Positions 1 to 10,598 are shown, counted from the first letter of the stretch. The stretch: 64,000 bases of DNA from Deltaproteobacteria bacterium HGW-Deltaproteobacteria-14 (GCA_002841945.1 PHBI01000002.1:11972-75971); one strand, 5' to 3'. The notes: generated from the letters alone by a model not told the origin. Numbers and translations are program-made.

Positions 1-347
1 GCGTTCGTCGTGAAGACGGCGAGGGCCTCGCCGGCCGGACCAGTCCAGAGCCGGCGGGGCTTCAGCGCGGTGCCATCGAGGAGTTTCGCGGCCTCCGAGG
101 CACCCAGTGCGCTACCCTTCCGCCAGCCGTCGTGTAAGCCGCAGGCATCGTCGAGGACCACGTCGAGGGCGGCGCCGAGGGCATCAGGGGCGGGCTTGTC
201 GGGGTCGAGGGCCACGAGGGCCGTGCGCAAGCGATCGGCGAGCCCCCACGGGGCCTTCTCTGGGGCCGGCAGCGCGTCGAGCGCCGTCGGGGAGAGCAGG
301 TTTCCCCCATGGCGGAGCGAGGTCCAGGCGTCGTGCAGGCTGGTCAT
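1..347 (-). CDS. 5' part of a gene running off the window edge; probable DISARM class I adenine methyltransferase (DrmMI-like / type IIG-like)
   Basis: Not in the ORF track. ATG at 347 overlaps the stop of the 417-aa gene (ATGA at 344-347). Frame is open to the edge: MTSLHDAWTSLRHGGNLLSPTALDALP... The W-x-x-L-x-HGG-x-LLSP start and the position downstream of drmD resemble DrmMI-type proteins. No MTase motifs are visible in this fragment. Confidence 0.5.
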   Translation of the reverse strand, partial: MTSLHDAWTSLRHGGNLLSPTALDALPAPEKAPWGLADRLRTALVALDPDKPAPDALGAALDVVLDDACGLHDGWRKGSALGASEAAKLLDGTALKPRRLWTGPAGEALAVFTTN

Positions 348-1597
348 CGCAGGGCGTCCTCGAGTCGGTCGACGATGGCGAGGGCATTCCAGCCCACAGC
401 CGTTCCGTGTGCAAGGGCGTTACGGACGTAGCGAAGCTCGTGCATGCCATCCTTCGTTGAGCGATCGTCTGGCGACAGACCGATAACCTCGTTGAGAGAC
501 GCGGCGTCCCACTCGTCCAAGGACGCGACGCGCCCCAGCGGTGTGAGCCGATGCTCGACGGCGCTCGAGTCTTGGCGGAGCGTCTCGAGTCGCTTGCTAG
601 GGGTGCTCGGTGGTCGCCACGGTGGCGTCGCTAGCACATGGTCGCGGATGCGTTGCTCCAGGTCCATGCAGCGACCGAGGAGGCGATTGGCGAGTGGTCG
701 GCAACCCGACAACGAACTGAGAAAGCGCTTCTGAGGGTGACTTCGGTCGCGATTAAGCAGGGCTCGGGCGAGCCAGGGGGCCGGACGGTGGGAGCGTGCC
801 TCGGCGCCGGACAGGCCGATACCGAGGCGCAACGAGGGGTTGTAGCGGACTTGGTCGAGGCTCTCTCCCAGTTGCTCCTGCATCTCCTTGGGTAGCCTTG
901 CGAAGAGTGCAGCGGCGTGCTCGTTGAGAGCAGCCTCGAGCACCTGGTCGTCACCGCGCATCAGCGGTGGGAGTGCAGCGCCGACATCGATCGCGCGTTC
1001 GATGTCGCCGCCGGAGTGCCAAGCGACGCGCTCGTGCAGGTAGGCGGACCAGCGGTCGTCGTCGTCGTAGACTGCGGTCGCTTCAGCCGGCCACCCCACA
1101 TCGAGACGACAAGCGTCTCCAGGGGCATCGGGATCGCGGACAACCACCAGAAACGCGATTGCCCCTGGGCTCGGCAGCTTCTGGTGCAGGTCCACGATGA
1201 TGCGAAGCTCGTCTATCCAGGTCGCGAACGTCGCCGGGACTGGACTCGCGATGAGCAATCGTGGACGTGCGCATGTGAGCTTCGCAAGCTGCTCTGCTAG
1301 GTTGCGTTGACTCCCTGCCGGCAACCCGAGCCAGCGCCACAGTGAATCGGCCGCGCCTCCGCTACACAGCTCGGCGTCGAGCTCGTCAACGCGCACATAC
1401 CCGCCATCAGGAGCAGCACGACGGATTTCACCTCGCAGGACATCGATGAAGTCTCCTTCATTTGCTCGTGGTGCCTGGACCACGAGCGGGGCCGCTAGGG
1501 TGTCCCACGGGCCGTCTGTCATCCAGTCGGTGAGGCGTCGCGCCTCGATTAGCCGCCAGGTTCGCGACCAACCCGCCACGTGGACGAGTATGTTCAT
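344..1597 (-). CDS. Uncharacterised 417-aa protein with C-terminal HEPN/Swt1-like R-x4-H motif (putative RNase effector)
   Basis: ATGA overlaps at both ends. C-terminal MHELRYVRNALAHG contains RNALAH. N-terminal half looks alpha/beta (RPRLLIASP, IAFLVVV), possibly a degenerate NTPase fold. Confidence 0.7.
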   Translation of the reverse strand: MNILVHVAGWSRTWRLIEARRLTDWMTDGPWDTLAAPLVVQAPRANEGDFIDVLRGEIRRAAPDGGYVRVDELDAELCSGGAADSLWRWLGLPAGSQRNLAEQLAKLTCARPRLLIASPVPATFATWIDELRIIVDLHQKLPSPGAIAFLVVVRDPDAPGDACRLDVGWPAEATAVYDDDDRWSAYLHERVAWHSGGDIERAIDVGAALPPLMRGDDQVLEAALNEHAAALFARLPKEMQEQLGESLDQVRYNPSLRLGIGLSGAEARSHRPAPWLARALLNRDRSHPQKRFLSSLSGCRPLANRLLGRCMDLEQRIRDHVLATPPWRPPSTPSKRLETLRQDSSAVEHRLTPLGRVASLDEWDAASLNEVIGLSPDDRSTKDGMHELRYVRNALAHGTAVGWNALAIVDRLEDALR

Positions 1598-4500
1598 CCG
1601 GCGCTCGGCGGTACGATGCGGAGCACCGGGTCATCGACCCGCAGGGGGGCAACCTCGTCCAGCGGTGAACCGCTACGCGTCGGCGAGCGGGGCAGAAGCC
1701 CCAACGCGAGCAGGACCTGAATCGCGTCCCCATCCTGGGGGCCAAAGCGTCTCGGCCCTGCCTCGATGATATCTGCGCGCAACGCCGCAGCGAGGTCGTC
1801 GCCGAACTCTTCGCTCGCACGCGCCACCATGTGGATGAGCTCTCGCTCTCGCAGAGTGAGGTGTAGCTCGCTTCCCTCGGTGGTGAGCTGTGCGGCGATC
1901 TCGCCGTAGGAGGCTTCGAGTGCTGCGACGAGCCCATTGAGCGCCTCGGCATCGAGCGTTGGCGCTTCAGGGTGGGCGGTCGCTAGGAGTTCATCGAATC
2001 GAGCGACGAGGATCGGGATGCCGGCCGTGCACCGCATAATCGGATCGAGCGGATTCAGGGCCGTGAACTCCGCCGCACGACGTCTACGGAGCCAGGAGTC
2101 GACCTGGCCTTTCGACAGGCGGCCCGTGCGCGCGAGGTCGATCGGGCCCGCCCGCGATTGGAGGCGTTGTGCGCCCCGAGCCAGTTCCGACCCACCGATG
2201 AGCAGCACCGGCTCTGTTCTGGACTCGAGTGTTTCGAGCGCATTGATCGCGGCTTTGCCGGTGAGAACGCGCGTACCGTCGCTGCCGTTAGCGAGACCGA
2301 GTCGGCGTGCGAGACCGTTGTCAGCGTCGACCAAGGGGGGCAGCCAGTGTGACGCAACGGCCGCGCCTCGGACGTCGGCCTCGACTGCTAGGTCGCTCAG
2401 GCAGAAGCGGACGGACTCGAGAACGGACTCGCTGAGCAGCCAGGTGGGTTGCTGAGTTCCCCCGCTCGCACGCAGCCTCTTCAGCGCATCTCGGATGTGT
2501 CGCGCCGGTTCCCGCTGGACAAGGACAGGCAGGTGGTGCGGAAACCGCAGTCGGTACTCATCAGGCCGGTGCGAGGTCTGAACGATCAACGATCGATCGA
2601 CAAGCCCACGGAGCTCTTGCCGGACGAGGTCCGCCCACGCCTCGCCGCCAAGCTCGGTCGGATCAAACCCCTCCACCGCCTGGATGTGAGCGAGGATTCG
2701 TTCCGGGGCGTCGTCGATTGCGGCGCTCGGGACACGGCCCTGAAGCTCCATCAAGAGCCCTGCGAAGATGAGCTTGCCTCTCGGGTGACCTACGAAGTTG
2801 AGCCAGCAGATCTCGTAGATGGCGTTCTGAACCGCGTTGCTAAGGAACACGTCGACCACGTCCTTCGCGGTGACGGTCACTTGCTCGCGGTCCTGCCTTG
2901 GTCGCGTCCGTTCGAGGTGCTCGATCAGTGAGAGCCCGAACCGGATGATCACCGCCGGCTGATAGCCGCATCGGAAGGCGATGTTGTCAGCCTGCTCGCG
3001 GGCGTCGATGCCGAGACGCGCAAGGGGACCCGCGGCCAACTCGACCGCGCCGTCCGCGTCGAGCGGGCCGAGGAGGAGGACATCCCCCTTGTTCTCCCAG
3101 ACGCCGCGGTTCTGGTCCGTCCGAAGGTAGCCACAGAACACGAAGCGAATGCGGGGGAGTCCAGCCTGGTCGCGGATCTCTTCGGCGTGTCGGCTCATCC
3201 ACCAGGAAAGGGACTGCTGGCGTTCCGAGGTGGGCGACTCGATCTGCGCGGCGAAGAAGGTGTCTGCTTCGTCGAGCAGGAGCAGCAGGCTAACGTCTGG
3301 ATGCTCCGCCAGTCGCTGAGGCAGAGTGCTCTTCAGATGCTCGACCGGGTCGCTAGCGTCGAGGCCGTTCTTGACGTCGAGCAGTTCACCGACCGCGCTC
3401 AGGATCGCGCGCGCAACAGCCTGCTCGGTCTCCATGCCGGCGATGGAGCAGAACACGACGCGGAGGTTGTTGCCCGACGGCAAGGTCTTCAGATTCGGGT
3501 TGCCCTCGACGAACCGAAGTAGGGCGGTTTTCCCGAGGCGTCGCCCGGAGAAGATGCGGCTGTACGTTGCACGGGTTGCCAGTGCCTCGGCTTCGGTCTG
3601 GCGACCCACGAACATCTCGAGACGTACGTGTTGCCCCTCGACCACCTCGTACGGGCAGAAGCGACTCCACCGCTGTTGCTCCGCAACGAGCTCGAGGAGT
3701 GCGAGGAGCGGATCCGGGGCCTCACCGCCGACGTTCAGCAGGCGGCACAGGTCGAGGTCATCGATAAGGGCGACCGGGCCCGCGAGTGACGCGGTGGCGA
3801 GGCGATCGTGAATCTGACGACGCTGCTCTTCGTGCAAGCCCGGCACGAGTATGAGTGTGAGTTCCTGGTTGGTCGCTTCGCTCTGAATACGACGCGATAG
3901 GGCCGGCGAGACGCTCGGCAGAGGCGAGACCTTGAGCGACAGGGTCCGGTAGCGCGAGATCTGGGGAAGGAACGTCGGGTTGTTGACGCCCTCGACGAGC
4001 CAGGACTGGACGCTCTCGACGTCGATCTGGGAGTAGTGCGTCTTGTCCCCACGAGGCGTGTAGTTGCGCACGTGGCTCGAACGGCGTAGCGCCCTCGCCT
4101 TGAAGACCAGCTCGACGAACGCTTCGCGCAGTTTCGCGTCGTCCTGGTCCTTGAGGCGGCGACGACGCAGCTTTGATGTCGTGTCGATCCATCGGGACAC
4201 GACGTTCTTGACGTCGTTGTCGAGCTGGACGGGCTCGATGAGCCGATTGAGGGCCTCGAGCGGGTCCGGCCATCGCTTGGCAGCGTCGCGGCGATAGAGC
4301 GTGGCCCGATATCGCCGGGGACCGCTACTGTGGGGCCGCTGGCCGAGCGCTCGGAGGAGTGCGCCGATGTCGCCGGATGCCAGAATTCGGCGTGCTTCAG
4401 CCTGGCTCAGCCCCTCTTCGAGCGCCGCGGCGACCAGACGGTCAGTGAGTTGGCCTGCGCGGCGTCGGAGCTTGTCGCGACAGTGGCAGAGCCAAGCGCG

Positions 4501-6960
4501 ATCGAGTGCGGTCAGATGCGTGTCCAGCGCGTGTTCCGTGAGCGCGACCGCGTCGGCCGCGATGGAGGCTTGTCCATCGGCGAGCTCGGCGAGGCGCAAA
4601 TGCAGTTCCCTCAGCTCTGCCGCGAGTTGCTGGAGCTCATCGTCGGATCTCTGTTGGTGACGTTCGAGTTCGCGGACGATGCTTGGAGAGAGATCGTCGG
4701 ATGTCGGAAGTAGGTCAGGACGATGAGAGGCAAGCCAGTCGTCGAGTTCGCCATCCGCGACGACGACCGGCGGCCCCAACAATCGAGCGGCGGCGCGAAC
4801 TGATTCGCTCACGCGTCGCGCATCGAGCTCCGGGGAGCTCGGAGTGAAGTCGGGCCACGCCTCAACCAGCAGCGGGCGGGCATAGACCGATCCTGCGGTG
4901 AAGACGGGCTCCACGATGTCATGGCGCTCGACGCCGAGGTGGCTGCGCACAAGTCCCACGATCCAGTTGTCGATTGGTGCACCACCCGTGGAGGAGCTGG
5001 CGGCGCCGACGGCGAGGTCACTGAATCGGGGTGCGTTGGCTGCACGCCGAGCCTCGGTCTTCGCACGCGCGTGGGCGTCGCGAGCCGTCAGAACAGCGGA
5101 CGCAAGTACCACCAGTTCTTCGACGCCCTTGTCCATATGGCGACGGTCTTTCAGCTTGGCTCCGCCACGGTCGAAGATCGCACTAGACTCCTCCCGTAGT
5201 CGCGCAAGGGTGCTTCTATCCGAGTCCTCGAGCCGAGATTCCGAGATACGCGACAACGTCGGCGCAGCGCCCCCCATGAAGTTGTCCCATGCACGCCGGC
5301 AGTGCGTGGTCTGCACGGTCCCTCCGGCAGCGCTGAAGAGTCTCTTCAGCGCTTCATGCAACGCGCCTGCGGCCTCGTGCTGTGCCGCCTCGAGCGCCGT
5401 GTCGGACAGGGGGGCAGCAAGCTGCCGCTCCAGAACCGCCGCCGCCGACGAGATCCTCTGGTGAACGAGCCACTCCTCAAGCAGCGCCCTGGTGCCCTCA
5501 TTGAGTCGGAGTTGCGTGCACAACTCCGAGATCGTCTCATCAGCGAGCGGGCAGGAGCTCGTGTCCAGGGCGAGCATTACAGCCGCCAGCCAGGTTCCTG
5601 GATAGGCCGGCTCGGCGGAGCCAGACGCGATGGCGACGCGGATACGGCGAACGAGATCTACCGGCAGCTCAGGGGAGGCGGACGGGCCACGGGCGAAGGC
5701 ACGCGTCCAGTCGAGCAACCAGGCCGGAGCGGCTTCGTCGAGTGCCAACTCGGCTGCGGCGGCACCCATGACATAGGCCGTGGCCCATTCCCCCGCTAGC
5801 AGGGCATGGGACTGGGCATCCACGATGGATTCGTTGAAGTCGTCCTTCGTCCACGGCGCCGGAGCGGCTGTGCCGTCCGGCTCGAGCCAGTAGTTGGCAA
5901 CGAAGTCCCTGCGTGGTGTCGCTTCGACCACCTTGCTCCCGACATCGAGTTGCAGCGGCGGACGGTCATCAGGCCGTTCGGGCGTCTGCTCGGTGCTCGG
6001 GGTTTCGTTCGCCGCAGAAACACCGACGTCCGCCGAGAGGTCGCCTGTGTCGGCTGGCCCAACGCCGGCTTGGTCTCCGTCACCCCTGACGAGCGCTTCG
6101 GGCTGGGACGCGAGGACCCTCGCAGGTTCGGCTGAGCCGCCCAGCGTGAAAGGTCGGGGCGGCTCAGCATCGGGACGGGGGAGCGTCGGCGTCAAGGTGT
6201 CAGGGGGCGCCCCCTCTGACGACGCGTCCTGGATGTTGACTTCGTCTTGAGTCGACGCCGCTGTTGTGTACCCGCCCTCATCTTCGGCAACGTCGGCGTC
6301 AGCTGGTTCGTCTGTTTCCGCTTCACCCGCCTTCGGGCCGGCGGCGGTCCACGCTGGCTCGTCGACAGTCGCCAGGAAATCGACAAGCGCTGGCATCGCA
6401 CCTCCGAGGCCGTCGATCACTCGCTCTTGGGTGCCGTTCTCCAGGGCCCAGAACCACCGGAGCCAAGATTCGCCGGGCCCGTCGGGGCCGTCGAAGCCCG
6501 TGGTGTTCGAGGCCCCCTCGGCCAGGATCCTCTCGAGCTCGGCTGCCGCCATCTCGCGTTGCTCCTCCCATCTCCGCGCGCGCCACCCACCCACGCATCG
6601 CCCACTGCGCAGCTCCGCAGCCAGAAGGCGAATGCGCCGCTCAGGGAGCTCGACCACCAACGCGTCGAGTGCCTCCAGGGCGTCCGTGACGCGGGCCCGC
6701 AGATCGTCCATGTCTACCGGCCAGACCTCGTCTGCGCGGCCGTCGTTGCTGAGCGTCTCGTGGGCGACGTGCAACGCGTCGCGCACGCGACGACCTGAGC
6801 GAAGGACGTCGTCGAGAGCCTGCTCGGCCACCGGCCGCGCGACGTCGGCCGCCCGCTCGAGCTCCGCCACAACAGCTCCGAGGCGTGTCACTCCGTCGAT
6901 GTGGCGGTCGATCGATTCCTTGAGGTGCTCACGCAGCTCAGCTGGTGACTGGGGGACCAT
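1594..6960 (-). CDS. Large STAND/AAA+-like P-loop ATPase (1788 aa)
   Basis: CPYEVVEGQHVRLEMFVGRQTE precedes Walker A FSGRRLGKT; Walker B LLLLDEAD. Long helical N-terminal region with an acidic/Pro-rich linker. Starts 9 nt after the drmD stop. Confidence 0.8.
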   Translation of the reverse strand: MVPQSPAELREHLKESIDRHIDGVTRLGAVVAELERAADVARPVAEQALDDVLRSGRRVRDALHVAHETLSNDGRADEVWPVDMDDLRARVTDALEALDALVVELPERRIRLLAAELRSGRCVGGWRARRWEEQREMAAAELERILAEGASNTTGFDGPDGPGESWLRWFWALENGTQERVIDGLGGAMPALVDFLATVDEPAWTAAGPKAGEAETDEPADADVAEDEGGYTTAASTQDEVNIQDASSEGAPPDTLTPTLPRPDAEPPRPFTLGGSAEPARVLASQPEALVRGDGDQAGVGPADTGDLSADVGVSAANETPSTEQTPERPDDRPPLQLDVGSKVVEATPRRDFVANYWLEPDGTAAPAPWTKDDFNESIVDAQSHALLAGEWATAYVMGAAAAELALDEAAPAWLLDWTRAFARGPSASPELPVDLVRRIRVAIASGSAEPAYPGTWLAAVMLALDTSSCPLADETISELCTQLRLNEGTRALLEEWLVHQRISSAAAVLERQLAAPLSDTALEAAQHEAAGALHEALKRLFSAAGGTVQTTHCRRAWDNFMGGAAPTLSRISESRLEDSDRSTLARLREESSAIFDRGGAKLKDRRHMDKGVEELVVLASAVLTARDAHARAKTEARRAANAPRFSDLAVGAASSSTGGAPIDNWIVGLVRSHLGVERHDIVEPVFTAGSVYARPLLVEAWPDFTPSSPELDARRVSESVRAAARLLGPPVVVADGELDDWLASHRPDLLPTSDDLSPSIVRELERHQQRSDDELQQLAAELRELHLRLAELADGQASIAADAVALTEHALDTHLTALDRAWLCHCRDKLRRRAGQLTDRLVAAALEEGLSQAEARRILASGDIGALLRALGQRPHSSGPRRYRATLYRRDAAKRWPDPLEALNRLIEPVQLDNDVKNVVSRWIDTTSKLRRRRLKDQDDAKLREAFVELVFKARALRRSSHVRNYTPRGDKTHYSQIDVESVQSWLVEGVNNPTFLPQISRYRTLSLKVSPLPSVSPALSRRIQSEATNQELTLILVPGLHEEQRRQIHDRLATASLAGPVALIDDLDLCRLLNVGGEAPDPLLALLELVAEQQRWSRFCPYEVVEGQHVRLEMFVGRQTEAEALATRATYSRIFSGRRLGKTALLRFVEGNPNLKTLPSGNNLRVVFCSIAGMETEQAVARAILSAVGELLDVKNGLDASDPVEHLKSTLPQRLAEHPDVSLLLLLDEADTFFAAQIESPTSERQQSLSWWMSRHAEEIRDQAGLPRIRFVFCGYLRTDQNRGVWENKGDVLLLGPLDADGAVELAAGPLARLGIDAREQADNIAFRCGYQPAVIIRFGLSLIEHLERTRPRQDREQVTVTAKDVVDVFLSNAVQNAIYEICWLNFVGHPRGKLIFAGLLMELQGRVPSAAIDDAPERILAHIQAVEGFDPTELGGEAWADLVRQELRGLVDRSLIVQTSHRPDEYRLRFPHHLPVLVQREPARHIRDALKRLRASGGTQQPTWLLSESVLESVRFCLSDLAVEADVRGAAVASHWLPPLVDADNGLARRLGLANGSDGTRVLTGKAAINALETLESRTEPVLLIGGSELARGAQRLQSRAGPIDLARTGRLSKGQVDSWLRRRRAAEFTALNPLDPIMRCTAGIPILVARFDELLATAHPEAPTLDAEALNGLVAALEASYGEIAAQLTTEGSELHLTLRERELIHMVARASEEFGDDLAAALRADIIEAGPRRFGPQDGDAIQVLLALGLLPRSPTRSGSPLDEVAPLRVDDPVLRIVPPSAG

Positions 6961-6969
6961 TTGCTCTTC

Positions 6970-9900
6970 TCACCGTTCGGGAAGGCGGATCTCAACCGCA
7001 ATCGGATAGACGCGTGCCTCGCCGCGCAAGGCGTAGCGTTTGGGGAGGACCTGCTTCAGGGTGCGTTCGGCCTCGGCGGCGAGTCGCTCCTGCACCTGCT
7101 CGTAGTGGCCTTTCCGCAGGACGAGCTCGGCGTCGAGGTCGGCGAGGCGCTTCTGGACTTCCTGGTCGATATCCACGAAGAGGGCCAGCTGTCGCGCCTT
7201 CTCCCGGAGCTTGTCGGCTTCCTTCGCGATCTTTGCGAGTTGGTTCTCGCCGATCGCGCGCTCGAGCTCTTTCTTTCGTCGGTCGAAGCGCTTGCGCTCG
7301 AGATCTCGGACCGACTTGCCCGACGCCTGAAGGCGCAGCACGAGCGACTCTGTGAGTTCGGCTTGGAGGTTCCGCACGTGGGCCTTCACGGCATCCGCGA
7401 CCTCATCCCAGAGGTCGCGTGCGGCGTCGCGGTCGCCGGGAGCTCTTGGCCCATCCGAGGCTTGTGCAGGGCGATTGGACAGCGCCGCCCCGAGGGTGTC
7501 GCCGCGCACAGGCAGCACAATCGTCCGAACCCAATGGTGACACGGCTCGCGGAGCTCGTTCACCGCGAGCTCCTCGACCGTGAGCAGGACAAGGGCATCC
7601 GCATCGCTGGGAACGTCGCCGCTACGGACCGTCCAGCGCGTCGCCGCGCTCGGCCCGCCGGGGAATCGGTAGCGGGCGAAGGTCGACATGACGCGGTGGT
7701 AGAGCGCGTCGCCGAGGTGCAGCAGGCGCGAGTCGGGCTCAGGGAGGTAGACGGGCCGGCCGTTGCGAGGCTGTACGTAGTGTGCTGGGTCAAAGACGAG
7801 GGCGAGCATCGGTCCAGACGGCCCGCCGGCGCGCAGAGTGTGATCGACCAGTTCCTGCCACAGGGCCGGCACGGGGTGCACCAGGCGCTCGCGGCCCGGA
7901 CCGTCGTTCTCGAGGCGGGGACGGCCCGCTTCGATCGCGAGGGCGGTCTCGAGGGTCTCGCGCAGGCTGGCCGGTGAGAGATCGAGCTCGGTCTTGAGAG
8001 CTTCGAGATGAGCGAGGTCATCGGCGCCGGGCAGCGGTGCGCCGGCCGGCAGGTCATCCGCGACATCGGCGTTCGTTGCGTGAGCGTGGCCGATGACGCG
8101 GTCGAGCCTCTCGTCGCTGACCGCGGCATCCTCGTCCTCAGCGAAGTGGGCGAGGATCGCGTCCGAAAAGATCTCATCGGTGATGACGCGGTCTTCGCGG
8201 GTCTGGCTGCGCTTGCGTAGGACCTTGCCAAGAAAGCGCATCGAGGCGTCGTCGGTGCTGTCGAAGTGGAAGATGAAAACGTCACGCTCCTGACCGTGCC
8301 GATCGAGGCGCCCGTTGCGCTGTTCCATGCGGGCCGGGTTCCAGGGGATGTCCCAGTGCAGCATGTGGCGTGCAGCGCGTTGCAGGTTGAGCCCCTCGCC
8401 AGCGGCGTCGGTGGCGAGGAGGATGCGCGCGGGGCCCCGCGGGTCATTGAAGGCGCGCTTCACGGCATCGCGCTCTACGTCGTTCATGCCGCCGTAGAGC
8501 GTGATGAGCCACGGCCCATCGCCATAGCGGGCGCGAAGGTTGGCGCGTAGGTAGTCAAGGCTTGCCAGATACTCCGTGAAGACGATCAGGCGCTCGTCGT
8601 CCCGCCACCCCGTTGGCGTCCTCAGGGAACCATCGATCAGCGCCTCGAGAGCGCGCAGGCGAGCGTCGGCCTTCACTCGGACAGCGCGGGCGTCGACCTC
8701 AGCCATGTGGGATGCGGGGTCGAGACCCGGCGGAACACGCGTCACGCCGATCGCCGCGACGTGACGGGTCACCTCGGCGATTTCCTCGGCAACCGCTTGC
8801 TTCCATTGGCGCAGCCAGGCTCCCACGGTGCGTTCGGCGTGGCGCTGCCGGCTCTCCCGCTCGGCGTCGTTGTCGCTCTCGTCCGCGTGGGCGTTGCGAG
8901 CGCGCACGACCGTCGCCGCGGTGACGGCGTCATCAGGAGTATCGAGCCCCTCGATGAGCGCGAGCCAACTCTGGCCGAACGGCCACGGACCCGACAGAAG
9001 GCGCTTTTGCAGCACCTCCGTCGCGAAGTTCGCCGCCGTACGGTCTTGGTGGTCGGCACCCCGCAGCGCCTTCTTCAACGCACGTCGGAAGTCGCGCACG
9101 GCGAGGTGAAGCGCGCGTTCGTGGGCGCCGAAGTGAAGCGCGGGCAGCGCCTCGACGTGCCGCTCGGAGAAGCGCGGGGCCTCGCCGATGTCGGTGTAAC
9201 ATGTGTTGATCTCGCTCTTTAGCCGCCGGATGACGGCCTCTCCCACGCGACGACGGTCTTCATCGTCAAGGTCGGACTTGCGTGTGAAGCGCACCGGGTC
9301 GAGCGCCTCTAGGAGACCCGAGAACGAGCGTGTATGGCCGTTGTGAGGGGTTGCGGTGAGGAAGATCCGGTGTTCGAACCAGGGCGTGATGCGCTGGAGC
9401 ATCTTCGACAGGTCGGAGTCCGACCCGAAACTCGCGGGGGCGAGGTTGTGGGCCTCGTCGACGATGAGCAGATCCCAGCGGAGCCGTCCGTCCTCGCCCG
9501 GCTCGCTAGTGCTTCGGAACTGCTCGAGAACGTCGGGCTGCTTCAAGTAGTGGTAGCTCGCGATGATTCGCTCGTGACTGCGCCACGGGTTCGCGTCGAT
9601 GCCGATTTCGCGTTGCAGCTTGAGGGTCTGGGGCCTGTCGACGACCTCGAACGGTAGGGCGAACTTCTCCTGCATCTCGTCGCGCCATTGGGTGCGGAGC
9701 GCGGCGGGGCAGAGAACCAGCACACGCCGGATGCGGCGGCGGAGCATGAGTTCACGGAGGACCATGCCGGCCTGGATGGTCTTGCCGAGGCCGACGGCGT
9801 CGGCCAGCATCAGGGCGACGCGGGGCATCTCGAGGGCTCGGAGCACCGGCACGAGTTGGTACGCTTCCGGGTAGATCGCGCCGTAGAGTGGCGAGGCCAA

Positions 9901-10221
9901 TGGCGGCCTGTCCTCGTCGAGCCCGGAGAACGGGAGAGAGGGGGTCAGCGCCGACCAACGCGACGCGCGCACCATCGCGTCGAACTCGCGCGGTTCCATC
10001 GGCGAAGTGTGCTCGATGCGCGGGAGCGCGGCGGGCTCGAGGACATCAGTTCCGAGCTCGACCTCCCAAAGAACCTGGTCGGTCTCGACGCCGGTGCCGT
10101 CGGTATACTCCACCTCGACCAGGTGGTAGCGGCCCGCCTCCGCAGCGTCGAAGGGCTGGACGCCGGTGATCATCGCCCGGCGGTTCCTAACGACCGCCAT
10201 CATGCCCTCGCGCGGGTTCAT
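6970..10221 (-). CDS. drmD: DISARM SNF2-like helicase DrmD
   Basis: Motifs LADAVGLGKT, LIVDEAHN, LTATPHNG, ATDAAGEGLNLQ and WNPARMEQRNGRLDRHGQ. N-terminus (VVRNRR...LVEVEY...VLWEVE) and YQLVPVLRALEMPRV are DrmD-like. GGAGG RBS. Confidence 0.85.
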   Translation of the reverse strand: MNPREGMMAVVRNRRAMITGVQPFDAAEAGRYHLVEVEYTDGTGVETDQVLWEVELGTDVLEPAALPRIEHTSPMEPREFDAMVRASRWSALTPSLPFSGLDEDRPPLASPLYGAIYPEAYQLVPVLRALEMPRVALMLADAVGLGKTIQAGMVLRELMLRRRIRRVLVLCPAALRTQWRDEMQEKFALPFEVVDRPQTLKLQREIGIDANPWRSHERIIASYHYLKQPDVLEQFRSTSEPGEDGRLRWDLLIVDEAHNLAPASFGSDSDLSKMLQRITPWFEHRIFLTATPHNGHTRSFSGLLEALDPVRFTRKSDLDDEDRRRVGEAVIRRLKSEINTCYTDIGEAPRFSERHVEALPALHFGAHERALHLAVRDFRRALKKALRGADHQDRTAANFATEVLQKRLLSGPWPFGQSWLALIEGLDTPDDAVTAATVVRARNAHADESDNDAERESRQRHAERTVGAWLRQWKQAVAEEIAEVTRHVAAIGVTRVPPGLDPASHMAEVDARAVRVKADARLRALEALIDGSLRTPTGWRDDERLIVFTEYLASLDYLRANLRARYGDGPWLITLYGGMNDVERDAVKRAFNDPRGPARILLATDAAGEGLNLQRAARHMLHWDIPWNPARMEQRNGRLDRHGQERDVFIFHFDSTDDASMRFLGKVLRKRSQTREDRVITDEIFSDAILAHFAEDEDAAVSDERLDRVIGHAHATNADVADDLPAGAPLPGADDLAHLEALKTELDLSPASLRETLETALAIEAGRPRLENDGPGRERLVHPVPALWQELVDHTLRAGGPSGPMLALVFDPAHYVQPRNGRPVYLPEPDSRLLHLGDALYHRVMSTFARYRFPGGPSAATRWTVRSGDVPSDADALVLLTVEELAVNELREPCHHWVRTIVLPVRGDTLGAALSNRPAQASDGPRAPGDRDAARDLWDEVADAVKAHVRNLQAELTESLVLRLQASGKSVRDLERKRFDRRKKELERAIGENQLAKIAKEADKLREKARQLALFVDIDQEVQKRLADLDAELVLRKGHYEQVQERLAAEAERTLKQVLPKRYALRGEARVYPIAVEIRLPER

Positions 10222-10598
10222 TCTCGACCTCCGAGGCCATCGGTACCACGGTGTGCGCCGGTCTTCGCGGCGCCGTCGACTGCCGCCGTTTGAGCAACGA
10301 GTTGCTCTGCGATTCCTCGGGGCTGCACGTCGCGACTCCTTGCCCTGGTCCGGCGGGCACCTTGTTCAGCACACCCCGACTCACTCGCTCCAACGGCTTC
10401 TACAAGCTCGACTACCACGATCCAAAGCAAGCCCTCAAGGGGAGCACGGGGGGGCCATCCCCCCTCGCGAACGCTGGAAGGTGTCATGGGCGAGCGTCGC
10501 CAGGTCGCCGCCGACCGCGGCTTCAGGAGTCACCTGGGGCCGCAGGGCTCGGCCCGCCAATGCACGAGCGTGTCACATCCAGGCGTCGAACCGATAGT

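Noticed and set aside
10218-10487. 89-aa ORF overlapping the drmD start
   Set aside because: No recognisable motif or RBS; probably covers the drmD promoter region. Cannot be excluded entirely.
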